Source: a virus (taxonomy: Duplodnaviria; Caudoviricetes). Taken from it: a stretch of 64,000 nt of DNA. The position numbers and the translations under genes are program-made. The stretch is from IMG/VR virus record IMGVR_UViG_3300032303_002590; one strand, written 5' to 3'. A model generated the notes under the pieces. That model was not told the origin of the DNA. It did not search any database and was given only the letters and a program-made list of their open reading frames with translations. How positions within the stretch are numbered: position 1 is the first letter of the stretch; each line of letters begins with the position of its first letter. This document shows, piece by piece, positions 37,870-46,309 of this stretch.

Positions 37870-38778
37870 ATGTTAGATTTATCTCATATACCTAATAGTC
37901 AACAAGACATAAAAATATTTTACGCAGCATCCGGATCAAACTCATGGCAAACTTGGCAAAAACCAAGAAAATGTAATTATGTTTGGATAATGTGTATTGG
38001 TGGTGCAGGTGGAGGTGGATATGGTCCTAATATTAATAGTACTTTTACTTCAACAGGAGGAGGTTCAGGAGCTATATCAAGAGCTTTGTATAATGCACAA
38101 CAACTTCCTGATACATTATATGTACAAGTAGGTGTAGGTGGAGCAGGTGGAGTAAGTGGATCAAATGGTTCACCTGGCACAAGAAGTTGGGTATCTCTAC
38201 AACAAGCAACAACAATAGTTGCACAAAATATAGTGCAAGGTTCAGGAGCAGCAGTAGCGGCCGGTGGTATTGTTGGGAATACAGGTGGAAATGCCGCTGG
38301 GGAAACAGCAGTAACTCAAACTCAAGCTACTTTTCTTACTCTATCAAATTTTACAGGATTAGCAGGAGTTACAGCTGTAAATGGAGGAGTTCCACAAGCT
38401 CCTGATGTAACACCTTTATCATCTCAAATAACATGTCAAGGAGCAAACGGTTCTAGTAATTCTGCTGCTATTTTAGGACAAAATGGAGGTTCAATACTAT
38501 CATCATCAATATCACCATTAATACCAGGAGGAATAGGAGTAACAGCATCAGGAAGTAATGCTACAAATGGTGCAAATGGAATTACATCATGGAAACCCTT
38601 CTTTTCTACAGGGGGAGCTGGTGGAGGAAGTGCAGTTAGTGGTTCAGGAGGAAATGGAGGCAATGGTGGAATAGGATCTGGTGGTGGCGGTGGTGGTGGA
38701 ACTAGCCCTTCATCGGGGTTTTTAGCAGGAAGCGGAGGAAAAGGAGGAGACGGGTTAGTAGTAATAATATCTTTCTAA
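37870..38778 (+). CDS. Glycine-rich tail adhesin-like protein, paralog 3
   Basis: MLDLSH...WQTWQKPR...GGDGLVVII. Confidence 0.65.
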   Translation: MLDLSHIPNSQQDIKIFYAASGSNSWQTWQKPRKCNYVWIMCIGGAGGGGYGPNINSTFTSTGGGSGAISRALYNAQQLPDTLYVQVGVGGAGGVSGSNGSPGTRSWVSLQQATTIVAQNIVQGSGAAVAAGGIVGNTGGNAAGETAVTQTQATFLTLSNFTGLAGVTAVNGGVPQAPDVTPLSSQITCQGANGSSNSAAILGQNGGSILSSSISPLIPGGIGVTASGSNATNGANGITSWKPFFSTGGAGGGSAVSGSGGNGGNGGIGSGGGGGGGTSPSSGFLAGSGGKGGDGLVVIISF

Positions 38779-38788
38779 CCACTCCCAA

Positions 38789-38796
38789 TATTTATT
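38789..38796 (+). promoter_or_regulatory. Late-promoter-like TATTTATT
   Basis: Recurrent motif. Confidence 0.55.
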
Positions 38797-38810
38797 ATAA
38801 AATACAGTAA

Positions 38811-40082
38811 ATGGCTACAATAAGCACTTCAGGAATATCTACTCAACAAATAATTCGTTCAGAACATATATTACGAATAATAAATGCTTTAAACGGAGTT
38901 AATGCTAATGATATAATAATAACAGGACCATTAAATAATGGTTTAAGTTGCATAGCAACTGGTTCTTATTCACACGCTGAAGGGTTAGGAACAATAGCAT
39001 CAGGAGATTACCAACATGCTCAAGGAGCTTATAATATATCTTCCTCATTACCCTCATCATTTATTATAGGAAATGGAACATCTGCCGGTAATAGATCAAA
39101 TTTAGTATTTGCTTCTGGAAGTACTTTTCAAATAACAGGTTCATTACAAGTATTAGGTTCAATAACAGGTTCATTATTTGGAACTGCTACTACTGCTTCA
39201 TATGTTCAAAATGCTCAAAGTGCTTCATATGTACTACAAGCAGTAAGTGCATCTTTTGTAGTTTCTGCCTCAAGAGCAGTGAGTGCATCTTATGCTGTAA
39301 GTGCCTCTTTTGTAGTATCTTCTTCAAGAGCAGTAACAGCTTCTTATGCTTTAAATGGAGGACCTATTGCAGTAACAGGATCAATTTTATACTCAACATC
39401 ACCTGCTGCAGGACCAGGATTTGGGGTATCAACTGCTGATTCTATATTTTTAGGTTTTTTAGCTGGTGGATCAACAAATGTTGCATATTCAACCTTCTTA
39501 GGTTATCAAACTGGTCAAAATGCATATAGTGCTAATAATTCAAACTTTTTTGGACAATCTGCAGGTATTAATGCTATTAATGCTAATAATTCAAACTTTT
39601 TAGGTGCAAGTGCTGGTTTTGGTGCATCAAGTGCTTCTTACTCAAACTTTCTAGGTAATGCTGCTGGTTATCAATCAGTATCTGCTTCATACTCAACATT
39701 AATAGGATATCAAGCAGGATATAATACAATAGGATCTATTGGTTCAAATAATATTATTATTGGTACAAATATAACATTAGCTGCTCAACAAAAAGACTCA
39801 ATTAATTTAGGAGGAATAATATTTGCGACAGGTTCATATTCAACAACATCAGGTAACCCATTCTCAGGTTCAGTATCAGGAGCTAAAGTAGGTATTGGAA
39901 CTTCAACACCTTCATATACATTAGATATCTCAGGTTCAACTAGAATCAATGATATTCTTATACTAGAACCAAGAACAACAACACCAGGTACTCCTACAAA
40001 TGGAATGGTAATAGTCTCAGGTTCAGGAGCTAATCAACATATTTATTGCTATCTAAATAGCATATGGAAGCAATTAGATTAA
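38811..40082 (+). CDS. Second tail fibre/trimeric adhesin-like protein
   Basis: SHAEG and ASYV blocks shared with 33064; 14-aa SNFLG..AG repeats; VGIGTSTP. Confidence 0.7.
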   Translation: MATISTSGISTQQIIRSEHILRIINALNGVNANDIIITGPLNNGLSCIATGSYSHAEGLGTIASGDYQHAQGAYNISSSLPSSFIIGNGTSAGNRSNLVFASGSTFQITGSLQVLGSITGSLFGTATTASYVQNAQSASYVLQAVSASFVVSASRAVSASYAVSASFVVSSSRAVTASYALNGGPIAVTGSILYSTSPAAGPGFGVSTADSIFLGFLAGGSTNVAYSTFLGYQTGQNAYSANNSNFFGQSAGINAINANNSNFLGASAGFGASSASYSNFLGNAAGYQSVSASYSTLIGYQAGYNTIGSIGSNNIIIGTNITLAAQQKDSINLGGIIFATGSYSTTSGNPFSGSVSGAKVGIGTSTPSYTLDISGSTRINDILILEPRTTTPGTPTNGMVIVSGSGANQHIYCYLNSIWKQLD

Positions 40083-40100
40083 TAAAATTAAAATAACGTT

Positions 40101-40352
40101 ATGATTAAACCAACAAAGTTACAAGACACAGAATTACAAGAATTAAAAGATTTTCAATCTAAATCTGAAAATTTAATTGCTCAATTAGGTCAATTAACCT
40201 TTAAAAAGTTTCAACTTGAAAAAGAAGAACAATTTTTAAAAAAGCAATACGACCAAATTACATCTGCCGAAATTGAATTAAGTAAAAAACTTAAAGAAGC
40301 TTATGGAGATGTTTCAATCAACTTACAAACAGGTGAAATAACATATCCCTAA
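40101..40352 (+). CDS. Small coiled-coil protein (possible fibre chaperone)
   Basis: LGQL...LKEAYGDVSINLQTGEI. Confidence 0.55.
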   Translation: MIKPTKLQDTELQELKDFQSKSENLIAQLGQLTFKKFQLEKEEQFLKKQYDQITSAEIELSKKLKEAYGDVSINLQTGEITYP

Positions 40353-40378
40353 AATATAGGTTTTGAGCCTTCTTGTAA

Positions 40379-40386
40379 TATTTATT
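40379..40386 (+). promoter_or_regulatory. Late-promoter-like TATTTATT
   Basis: Upstream of sheath. Confidence 0.6.
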
Positions 40387-40422
40387 ATCAAATGATTAAC
40401 ATTAAAAACTAAATAAAACAAA

Positions 40423-42501
40423 ATGGCTGAAACTTTATTATCTCCAGGTGTTCTAACTAGAGAAAATGACCAATCCCAAATTACACAAGGCCCTATTACT
40501 GCGGGAGCAGCTATTATAGGACCAACTGTTTCTGGTCCTGTTAGAATACCAACTTTAGTTACTTCTTATAGTGACTATTTAAATAAATTCGGTGGTTCTT
40601 TCATCAGTGGAGGAGCTTCTTATGAGTACTTAACCTCAATCTCTGCTTATAATTACTTCCAACAAGGTGGAACTACTTTATTAGTAACTAGAGCAGTAAG
40701 TGGTACATTTGCTCCTGCAACTTCTAGTGTAACTAATAATGTATCTTTAATAACTGGATCTGTTGCTTCTGCTTCATTTTTAGTATTAAATTCTAGTACA
40801 GCTTCATGGAATCAAATACAAATTAATGCAACTACTGCTGTAGGTAGTGTTAATTATACAATTTATAACTATCCTTATGCAGCTACTGGTTCATATATAG
40901 ATGGTACTACTTATATTTACTTAGGTGTAGGTAATGGAACTCAAGATGGTACAAATGTTGTACCTTCAACAGGTAGTTGGGCAGGATATGTAGTAAATGC
41001 AGTTAATAATGGAACAAGTGGATTAGCTAGTTATTTTTCAGCTTCATTCTCAGGAGGAAGATTAACTTTCTACACTGATAATACAGGTACTTCACAAAAT
41101 TCTTTCTCACTTACTAGTAGTTTTGGTGTAGGAACACCAGTAACACAATCATTTGTAGGAGGTACAGATGGTACTCCAAATACAGTATTTGTATTAGAAA
41201 CTTTATCACAAGGTGCTATTAATAATAGTACTAGTACAGAAGGAGCAAATAATACATTACCTTCAGGATCTGAAGATAACTTAAGACTTGAAATTGTAAA
41301 CCCTAACACAGGAAGTGGTACATTTGATTTATTAATCAGAAGAGGTAATGATAATATTAATACTAAAGTAGTATTAGAACAATGGACAGGATTATCACTA
41401 GATCCAAACGCTCCAAATTATATCGAAGCCGTAATTGGTAACCAAACAACTAGTACTACTAACGGATACACTCAAGTAACAGGAGATTATACTAATAAAT
41501 CAAGATATGTAAGAGTAAAATCAGTTAATTATACTACTCCAAATTATTTTGATAATAACGGAGCTCCAATTTCTTCTTATACTTCATCTTTACCAACTGC
41601 TCAAAGTAGCTCATTTGGTGGTGCTGCAGGAACAAATTGTGGTGTTTATGGTTTATCAAATAGTAACTATACTTTACCAATCACTTTATTAAATAATAAA
41701 GATGAATTTAAATTTAATATAATCACAACTCCAGGTATAACAGCTACTGCAGGAAATTCAGTTATTACTTCATTAACTAACTTAGCAGTTAACAGAGGTG
41801 ATTGTATTGCAATTGTTGATATGTCTAGTTTTGGAGATGGTATTGCTACCGTAGTAGCTAATGCTACCGCAGTTGATAGCTCATACGCAGCAACTTACTA
41901 TCCATGGGTTCAAATTAGCGCTCCTAATACAGGAAAATTAACATGGGTTCCACCATCAACTATTATACCAAGTGTTTACGCTTATAACGATAGAGTAGGT
42001 GCTCCATGGTTCGCTCCTGCAGGATTTACAAGAGGTGGATTAAGTGTAATTCAAGCTGAAAGAAAATTAGCTCCAACTGATAGAGATACTTTATATGCTG
42101 GTAAAGTTAATTCATTAGCTACATTCCCTGGTCAAGGTGTTGTTGCTTATGGACAAAAAACATTACAGAAAAAAGCATCTGCTTTTGATAGAATTAATGT
42201 AAGAAGATTATTAATTGAATTAAAATCATATATTGGTCAAATTGCTAATGGATTAGTTTTCGAACAAAACACAGCAGTTACAAGAAATAGATTCTTAAGA
42301 CAAGTAAATCCATATCTAGAATCAGTTCAACAAAGACAAGGTTTATACTCTTACAAAGTAGTAATGGATGAATCAAATAACACCGCAGATGTGATTGACA
42401 GAAATCAAATGTTAGGTCAAATTTACCTTCAACCAACTAAAACTGCTGAGTTTATTATATTAGACTTTAATGTTACACCAACAGGTGCTACTTTCGCATA
42501 A
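40423..42501 (+). CDS. Tail sheath protein (gp18-like)
   Basis: LLSPGVLTREND, PWFAPAG, YGQKTLQ, RINVRRLL, QPTKTAEFI. Confidence 0.95.
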   Translation: MAETLLSPGVLTRENDQSQITQGPITAGAAIIGPTVSGPVRIPTLVTSYSDYLNKFGGSFISGGASYEYLTSISAYNYFQQGGTTLLVTRAVSGTFAPATSSVTNNVSLITGSVASASFLVLNSSTASWNQIQINATTAVGSVNYTIYNYPYAATGSYIDGTTYIYLGVGNGTQDGTNVVPSTGSWAGYVVNAVNNGTSGLASYFSASFSGGRLTFYTDNTGTSQNSFSLTSSFGVGTPVTQSFVGGTDGTPNTVFVLETLSQGAINNSTSTEGANNTLPSGSEDNLRLEIVNPNTGSGTFDLLIRRGNDNINTKVVLEQWTGLSLDPNAPNYIEAVIGNQTTSTTNGYTQVTGDYTNKSRYVRVKSVNYTTPNYFDNNGAPISSYTSSLPTAQSSSFGGAAGTNCGVYGLSNSNYTLPITLLNNKDEFKFNIITTPGITATAGNSVITSLTNLAVNRGDCIAIVDMSSFGDGIATVVANATAVDSSYAATYYPWVQISAPNTGKLTWVPPSTIIPSVYAYNDRVGAPWFAPAGFTRGGLSVIQAERKLAPTDRDTLYAGKVNSLATFPGQGVVAYGQKTLQKKASAFDRINVRRLLIELKSYIGQIANGLVFEQNTAVTRNRFLRQVNPYLESVQQRQGLYSYKVVMDESNNTADVIDRNQMLGQIYLQPTKTAEFIILDFNVTPTGATFA

Positions 42502-42516
42502 AGATAATTAGGAATT

Positions 42517-42541
42517 GAAGCCCTAGATAAAGGGCTTCTTT
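42517..42541 (+). terminator. Hairpin/terminator
   Basis: GAAGCCCT-6nt-AGGGCTTC-TTT. Confidence 0.7.
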
Positions 42542-42547
42542 CCCTAA

Positions 42548-42555
42548 TATTTATT
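42548..42555 (+). promoter_or_regulatory. Late-promoter-like TATTTATT
   Basis: Upstream of tube. Confidence 0.6.
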
Positions 42556-42594
42556 GTAAACAGATAATAATAAAAATAATACACAAAATATAAC

Positions 42595-43083
42595 ATGGCA
42601 GTATTAAACCCAAACGAAATAATGTTCACCGCATTTGAACCTAAAGTTTCAAATAGATTCATAATGTACATTGAAGGAATCCCAGCTTATATGATTAAGA
42701 AAGCTTCGGCTCCAGGATTCGATGCAGGTGAAATCACACTAGATCACATTAACGTTTACCGTAAAATCAAAGGTAAAGTTAAATGGAATGACATTTCAAT
42801 GACATTATATGATCCAATCGCTCCTGCAGGATCTCAAGCAGTAATGGAATGGATGCGTTTATCTCACGAATCTGTAACAGGTAGAGATGGATACTCAGAT
42901 TTCTATAAAAAAGATATTACAATGAACATTCTAGGTCCAGTAGGTGACGTAGTTGGTGAATGGATTATAAAAGGTGCATTCATCAAAACATCAACATTTG
43001 GAGATTATGATTGGGCACAAGGTGAATCAGCAGCTGAAATCTCTGTAACATTAGCGATGGATTATTGTATCTTGAACTTCTAA
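42595..43083 (+). CDS. Tail tube protein (gp19-like)
   Basis: FEPKVSNRF, VMEWMR, YKKDI, WIIKGAF; follows sheath. Confidence 0.9.
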   Translation: MAVLNPNEIMFTAFEPKVSNRFIMYIEGIPAYMIKKASAPGFDAGEITLDHINVYRKIKGKVKWNDISMTLYDPIAPAGSQAVMEWMRLSHESVTGRDGYSDFYKKDITMNILGPVGDVVGEWIIKGAFIKTSTFGDYDWAQGESAAEISVTLAMDYCILNF

Positions 43084-43107
43084 TATAAGTTTAAAACATA
43101 TAAAAGT

Positions 43108-43133
43108 AACCCACCATTTTGGTGGGTTTCTTT
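43108..43133 (+). terminator. Rho-independent terminator
   Basis: AACCCACC-ATTTT-GGTGGGTT-TCTTT. Confidence 0.8.
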
Positions 43134-43160
43134 GTCTACCCAAATAATGTTTCGTATATT
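43132..43160 (+). promoter_or_regulatory. Class-2 promoter TTGT-N19-TATATT
   Basis: Conserved spacing. Confidence 0.6.
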
Positions 43161-43189
43161 CAAGCATAAATCATTAAAAAAGAAAAAAT

Positions 43190-43438
43190 ATGAATGTATT
43201 AATTACTAAAATTCTTAATTTAGATGGAACTTGGCAAGGTTATAAATTACAACCATCTCATGCTTATGCAAAATCAACTTGGAATGAACCCGGTAAACAA
43301 TTTAATTTATTAAGTGAGATAATTGAATTTTATAAATTACAAAATGTACGTGAGTTAGGTATAAAGTACACTTACGATAATAAAGATAGAAAATATGGGA
43401 TTGAATCATATGAAGCTATTCTTCCAACAAAAAACTAG
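43190..43438 (+). CDS. Hypothetical protein
   Basis: ORF after a class-2 promoter with an A-rich leader. Confidence 0.6.
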   Translation: MNVLITKILNLDGTWQGYKLQPSHAYAKSTWNEPGKQFNLLSEIIEFYKLQNVRELGIKYTYDNKDRKYGIESYEAILPTKN

Positions 43439-43464
43439 GTTACCTGAAATATTTTTCGTATATT
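43436..43464 (+). promoter_or_regulatory. Class-2 promoter TAGG-N19-TATATT
   Basis: Conserved motif and spacing. Confidence 0.65.
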
Positions 43465-43494
43465 TAAGTATAATAATAAAAACAAATAAAGGTT

Positions 43495-44316
43495 ATGAAT
43501 TACACAATTAAAACAACAGCACTTCCTGTGAAAGTAGAACGTAGAGGTCGTCCAAAATCACCTTCAATTACTCCTGATTTTAACCCAACTAAAGTAGAAT
43601 TATTTAGAGGTACTGATTTAAAATTTAGTGATGAATTATTTAATCCTATTAAAACCAATAGTGAAATAGATGTAATTCTATCAACTGAAGGAGGATTAAT
43701 GCCAGGAACTAATATGGTATTAGTAGGTGGACCTGGTTCAGGTAAATCAACAATTGCACTTGATATGTTAGCTAATTTTACTCTTCAAGGTTACAAATGT
43801 TTATTTGTAAGTGGTGAAATGGATGAAATAGCTTACTTCAAATATTGTAAAAGATTACCTAAATTTAACTGCGTTCAAACGCTATTCCTAAAAAATTATT
43901 CACATTGTGTTAAAGAAACATTAGAATACGTGTTTAATCAAGGTTATGACGTGGTTTGTATTGATTCATTAGCTGAGGTAATTGATATGGTTAGAGATAA
44001 TTATAAATTAACTGAAGGTGCAGCTGAACATTGGTTATTAAGATTACAAGATAAAAATAAAAAAGGTGAAAACGAAATGGGTTACTATACCACATTTGTT
44101 AACATTCAACAAGTAACTAAAGCTGGTGATTTTGCTGGATCAAACAGGATAAAACACATGACAGATGCAATGGCATTAATAGAGCGTGATAAAAGTGGTT
44201 TAACACGTACTTTACACTTCTCTAAAAATAGAGATTGTGATAAAGATTTTAAAATGCATTTTGCTATTAACCAAGATACTGTACATTATACTTACGAAAC
44301 CGAAAACGAAAACTAA
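43495..44316 (+). CDS. RadA/Sms-like RecA-fold ATPase with N-terminal RRGRPK
   Basis: GGPGSGKST, VSGEM, CIDSL, TKAGDFAGSNRIKHMTDA, SKNR. Confidence 0.8.
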   Translation: MNYTIKTTALPVKVERRGRPKSPSITPDFNPTKVELFRGTDLKFSDELFNPIKTNSEIDVILSTEGGLMPGTNMVLVGGPGSGKSTIALDMLANFTLQGYKCLFVSGEMDEIAYFKYCKRLPKFNCVQTLFLKNYSHCVKETLEYVFNQGYDVVCIDSLAEVIDMVRDNYKLTEGAAEHWLLRLQDKNKKGENEMGYYTTFVNIQQVTKAGDFAGSNRIKHMTDAMALIERDKSGLTRTLHFSKNRDCDKDFKMHFAINQDTVHYTYETENEN

Positions 44317-44317
44317 T

Positions 44318-44452
44318 ATGAGCTGTTCAGGAGGAAAATCAACAATGAGAGGTAGTTACAATAAAGCTACTAATTTAAAAAAACCAACAGGTTACACAAT
44401 TGATAAAAAAGGAAACATAAAACCCACATATAATGAGAACAACAAAAAGTAG
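44318..44452 (+). CDS. Small basic hypothetical protein (MSCSGGKST...; start revised)
   Basis: ATG 1 nt after the upstream stop. Confidence 0.5.
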   Translation: MSCSGGKSTMRGSYNKATNLKKPTGYTIDKKGNIKPTYNENNKK

Positions 44453-45221
44453 AATTATTCCGTTAAATAACGATGTTAACAAATTAATGGCTTTTATTCC
44501 TTCCCTTGATAAAGGTTGGAGAGATAACCAAAGAATTAAATCTAAAGAGTATCAAATTGAAACATTAGATGCTATTGAAGGATTTCAAAAAGAGGGTTGG
44601 AAAATAAATGGTGCATATGAACAACGAGGTAAAGATAGAAGAATATCTTCTCATATGATCAAAATGCAACATCCTGATTTTAATATTAAAAATAATAAAA
44701 ATCAAACTGAAGCTATTGCTACTTTAAACATTTCAAACTCATGTAATGGTTCTAAACCACTAGAAATGGATTTAGGTGCATTTAGACAAATATGTTCTAA
44801 TGGAATGATAGCTCATACCAAATATAGTTCAGAAAAAGCTAGTCATACTCAAAAAGGATTTTATAGCTTACCACAAATTATGACTAAACTAAACACTAAA
44901 ATTTCAGATGTAATGAATGAATTTAACAAATTAAAAACAGTTAAATTATCACCATCTGAAGCAATGTCTCTTGCTGTAGCAGCAGTAGAATCACGTTTTG
45001 GTAAAGATAGTGGTATTGAAGCTTCACAACTATTAAATATAGTTAGATCTGAAGATGAAGGTAATGATTTATGGTCGGTTTATAATCGTATTCAAGAAAA
45101 CGTAACACAACCTAACCGAATTTATAATCCTGAAGGTAAATTAATTACAGGTATTGATAATCCTTTTGTAGATACTAAAGTAAATAAAGAATTATTTCAA
45201 TTAGCATATGCTTATGCATAA
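44433..45221 (+). CDS. DUF932/DUF945-like protein
   Basis: NSCNGS, GAFRQICSNGMI, RSEDEGNDLWSVYNRIQEN. Confidence 0.75.
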   Translation: MRTTKSRIIPLNNDVNKLMAFIPSLDKGWRDNQRIKSKEYQIETLDAIEGFQKEGWKINGAYEQRGKDRRISSHMIKMQHPDFNIKNNKNQTEAIATLNISNSCNGSKPLEMDLGAFRQICSNGMIAHTKYSSEKASHTQKGFYSLPQIMTKLNTKISDVMNEFNKLKTVKLSPSEAMSLAVAAVESRFGKDSGIEASQLLNIVRSEDEGNDLWSVYNRIQENVTQPNRIYNPEGKLITGIDNPFVDTKVNKELFQLAYAYA

Positions 45222-45237
45222 TTTTTTTATCTTACTA

Positions 45238-45245
45238 TATTTATA
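45238..45245 (+). promoter_or_regulatory. Late-promoter-like TATTTATA
   Basis: Recurrent motif. Confidence 0.6.
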
Positions 45246-45265
45246 TATAAACACAAATAAAATTT

Positions 45266-46012
45266 ATGGATAATCAAGTTACAAAACCAAAATTCCCTAC
45301 AGAAATTGTAGAATTACCTTCAAAAGGTTTACTTTACCCTAAAGAAAATCCTCTTTCAAGCGGTCAAATTGAAATGAAGTACATGACAGCTAGAGAAGAA
45401 GATATCTTAACTAATACTAATTATATTCAACAAGGTACTGTTTTAGATAAATTATTAGAATCACTAATTGTTTCTAAAGTAGATTTAAAAGATATCTTAA
45501 TTGGAGATAAAAACTCTATTTTAATTGCTTCTCGTATTTTAGGATACGGTCAAGATTATGAGTTTGAACATAAAGGTCAAGTTTATAAAGTAGATTTAAC
45601 TACTTTAAAAGATAAAGAACTTCCTGAAGATGTAGATTATACTAAAGGTAATGAATTTTACTTTACATTACCTGCTTCCGGAGTTGAAGTTGGATTTAAA
45701 TTACTAACTCATGGTGATGAAGCTGCAATTGACGCTGAATTAAAAGGATTAAAAAAATTATTTCCAAATGGAGGTGCACCTGAACTGTCAACTAGATTAA
45801 AATATATGCTAATTTCAGTAGGTGGAAGTTCTGATAGAAAAACCGTAAGAGAATTCGTTGATAACGAATTATTAGCAAGAGATTCAAGATCATTACGTCA
45901 AGAAATAAAAAGAATATCACCAGATATTGATTTAACTATTAAAGGCGATGAAGGGGAGGACATCGCAGTACCAATTAGTCTTAACTTTTTTTGGCCTGAC
46001 TCCAACCTATAG
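45266..46012 (+). CDS. Tail assembly chaperone / baseplate hub assembly protein (gp26-like)
   Basis: VELPSKG, MTAREEDIL, ends PISLNFFWP; upstream of tape measure. Confidence 0.75.
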   Translation: MDNQVTKPKFPTEIVELPSKGLLYPKENPLSSGQIEMKYMTAREEDILTNTNYIQQGTVLDKLLESLIVSKVDLKDILIGDKNSILIASRILGYGQDYEFEHKGQVYKVDLTTLKDKELPEDVDYTKGNEFYFTLPASGVEVGFKLLTHGDEAAIDAELKGLKKLFPNGGAPELSTRLKYMLISVGGSSDRKTVREFVDNELLARDSRSLRQEIKRISPDIDLTIKGDEGEDIAVPISLNFFWPDSNL

Positions 46013-46265
46013 AATAAATTTATTCTCCCAAATGAATGAAATAGTATTTCATGGTAAGGGAGGATATACTTGGGATACAGTTTATGAAATGCCTATTTGG
46101 CTTAGAAACTTTACATTTAAAAAATTAAAAGAATGGTATGATAAAGAACAAGAGCAAGCAGAAGCACAAAATAATCAGTTAACCAATAAAAATGCAGCTC
46201 AAATAGCTAGACCTAACATACCACAAGCAAGTACATATAATGCAACAGTGCCTACTAAACAGTAG
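45987..46265 (+). CDS. Overlapping second chaperone ORF, probably reached by frameshift at T7 45986-45992 (alternative start ATG 46032)
   Basis: +1 frame reads FFGLTPTYRINLF...YTWDTVYEMPIWLR. Confidence 0.6.
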   Translation, partial: FFGLTPTYRINLFSQMNEIVFHGKGGYTWDTVYEMPIWLRNFTFKKLKEWYDKEQEQAEAQNNQLTNKNAAQIARPNIPQASTYNATVPTKQ

Positions 46266-46274
46266 GCATTTTTT
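46249..46274 (+). terminator. Rho-independent terminator
   Basis: TGCCTACT-AAAC-AGTAGGCA-TTTTTT. Confidence 0.85.
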
Positions 46275-46284
46275 GTCCTTTACA

Positions 46285-46292
46285 TATTTATA
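46285..46292 (+). promoter_or_regulatory. Late-promoter-like TATTTATA
   Basis: Recurrent motif. Confidence 0.6.
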
Positions 46293-46309
46293 TTATATAC
46301 AAAATTACT

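Noticed and set aside
34743-38405. Alternative-frame + strand ORFs 34743-34955 and 38187-38405
   Set aside because: Nested within fibre or Gly-rich genes; frame artefacts of repetitive sequence.
36106-40082. Diversity-generating retroelement or invertible fibre-switching system
   Set aside because: No reverse transcriptase, no template/variable repeat pair differing only at adenines, and no invertase or inverted cassettes in this window.
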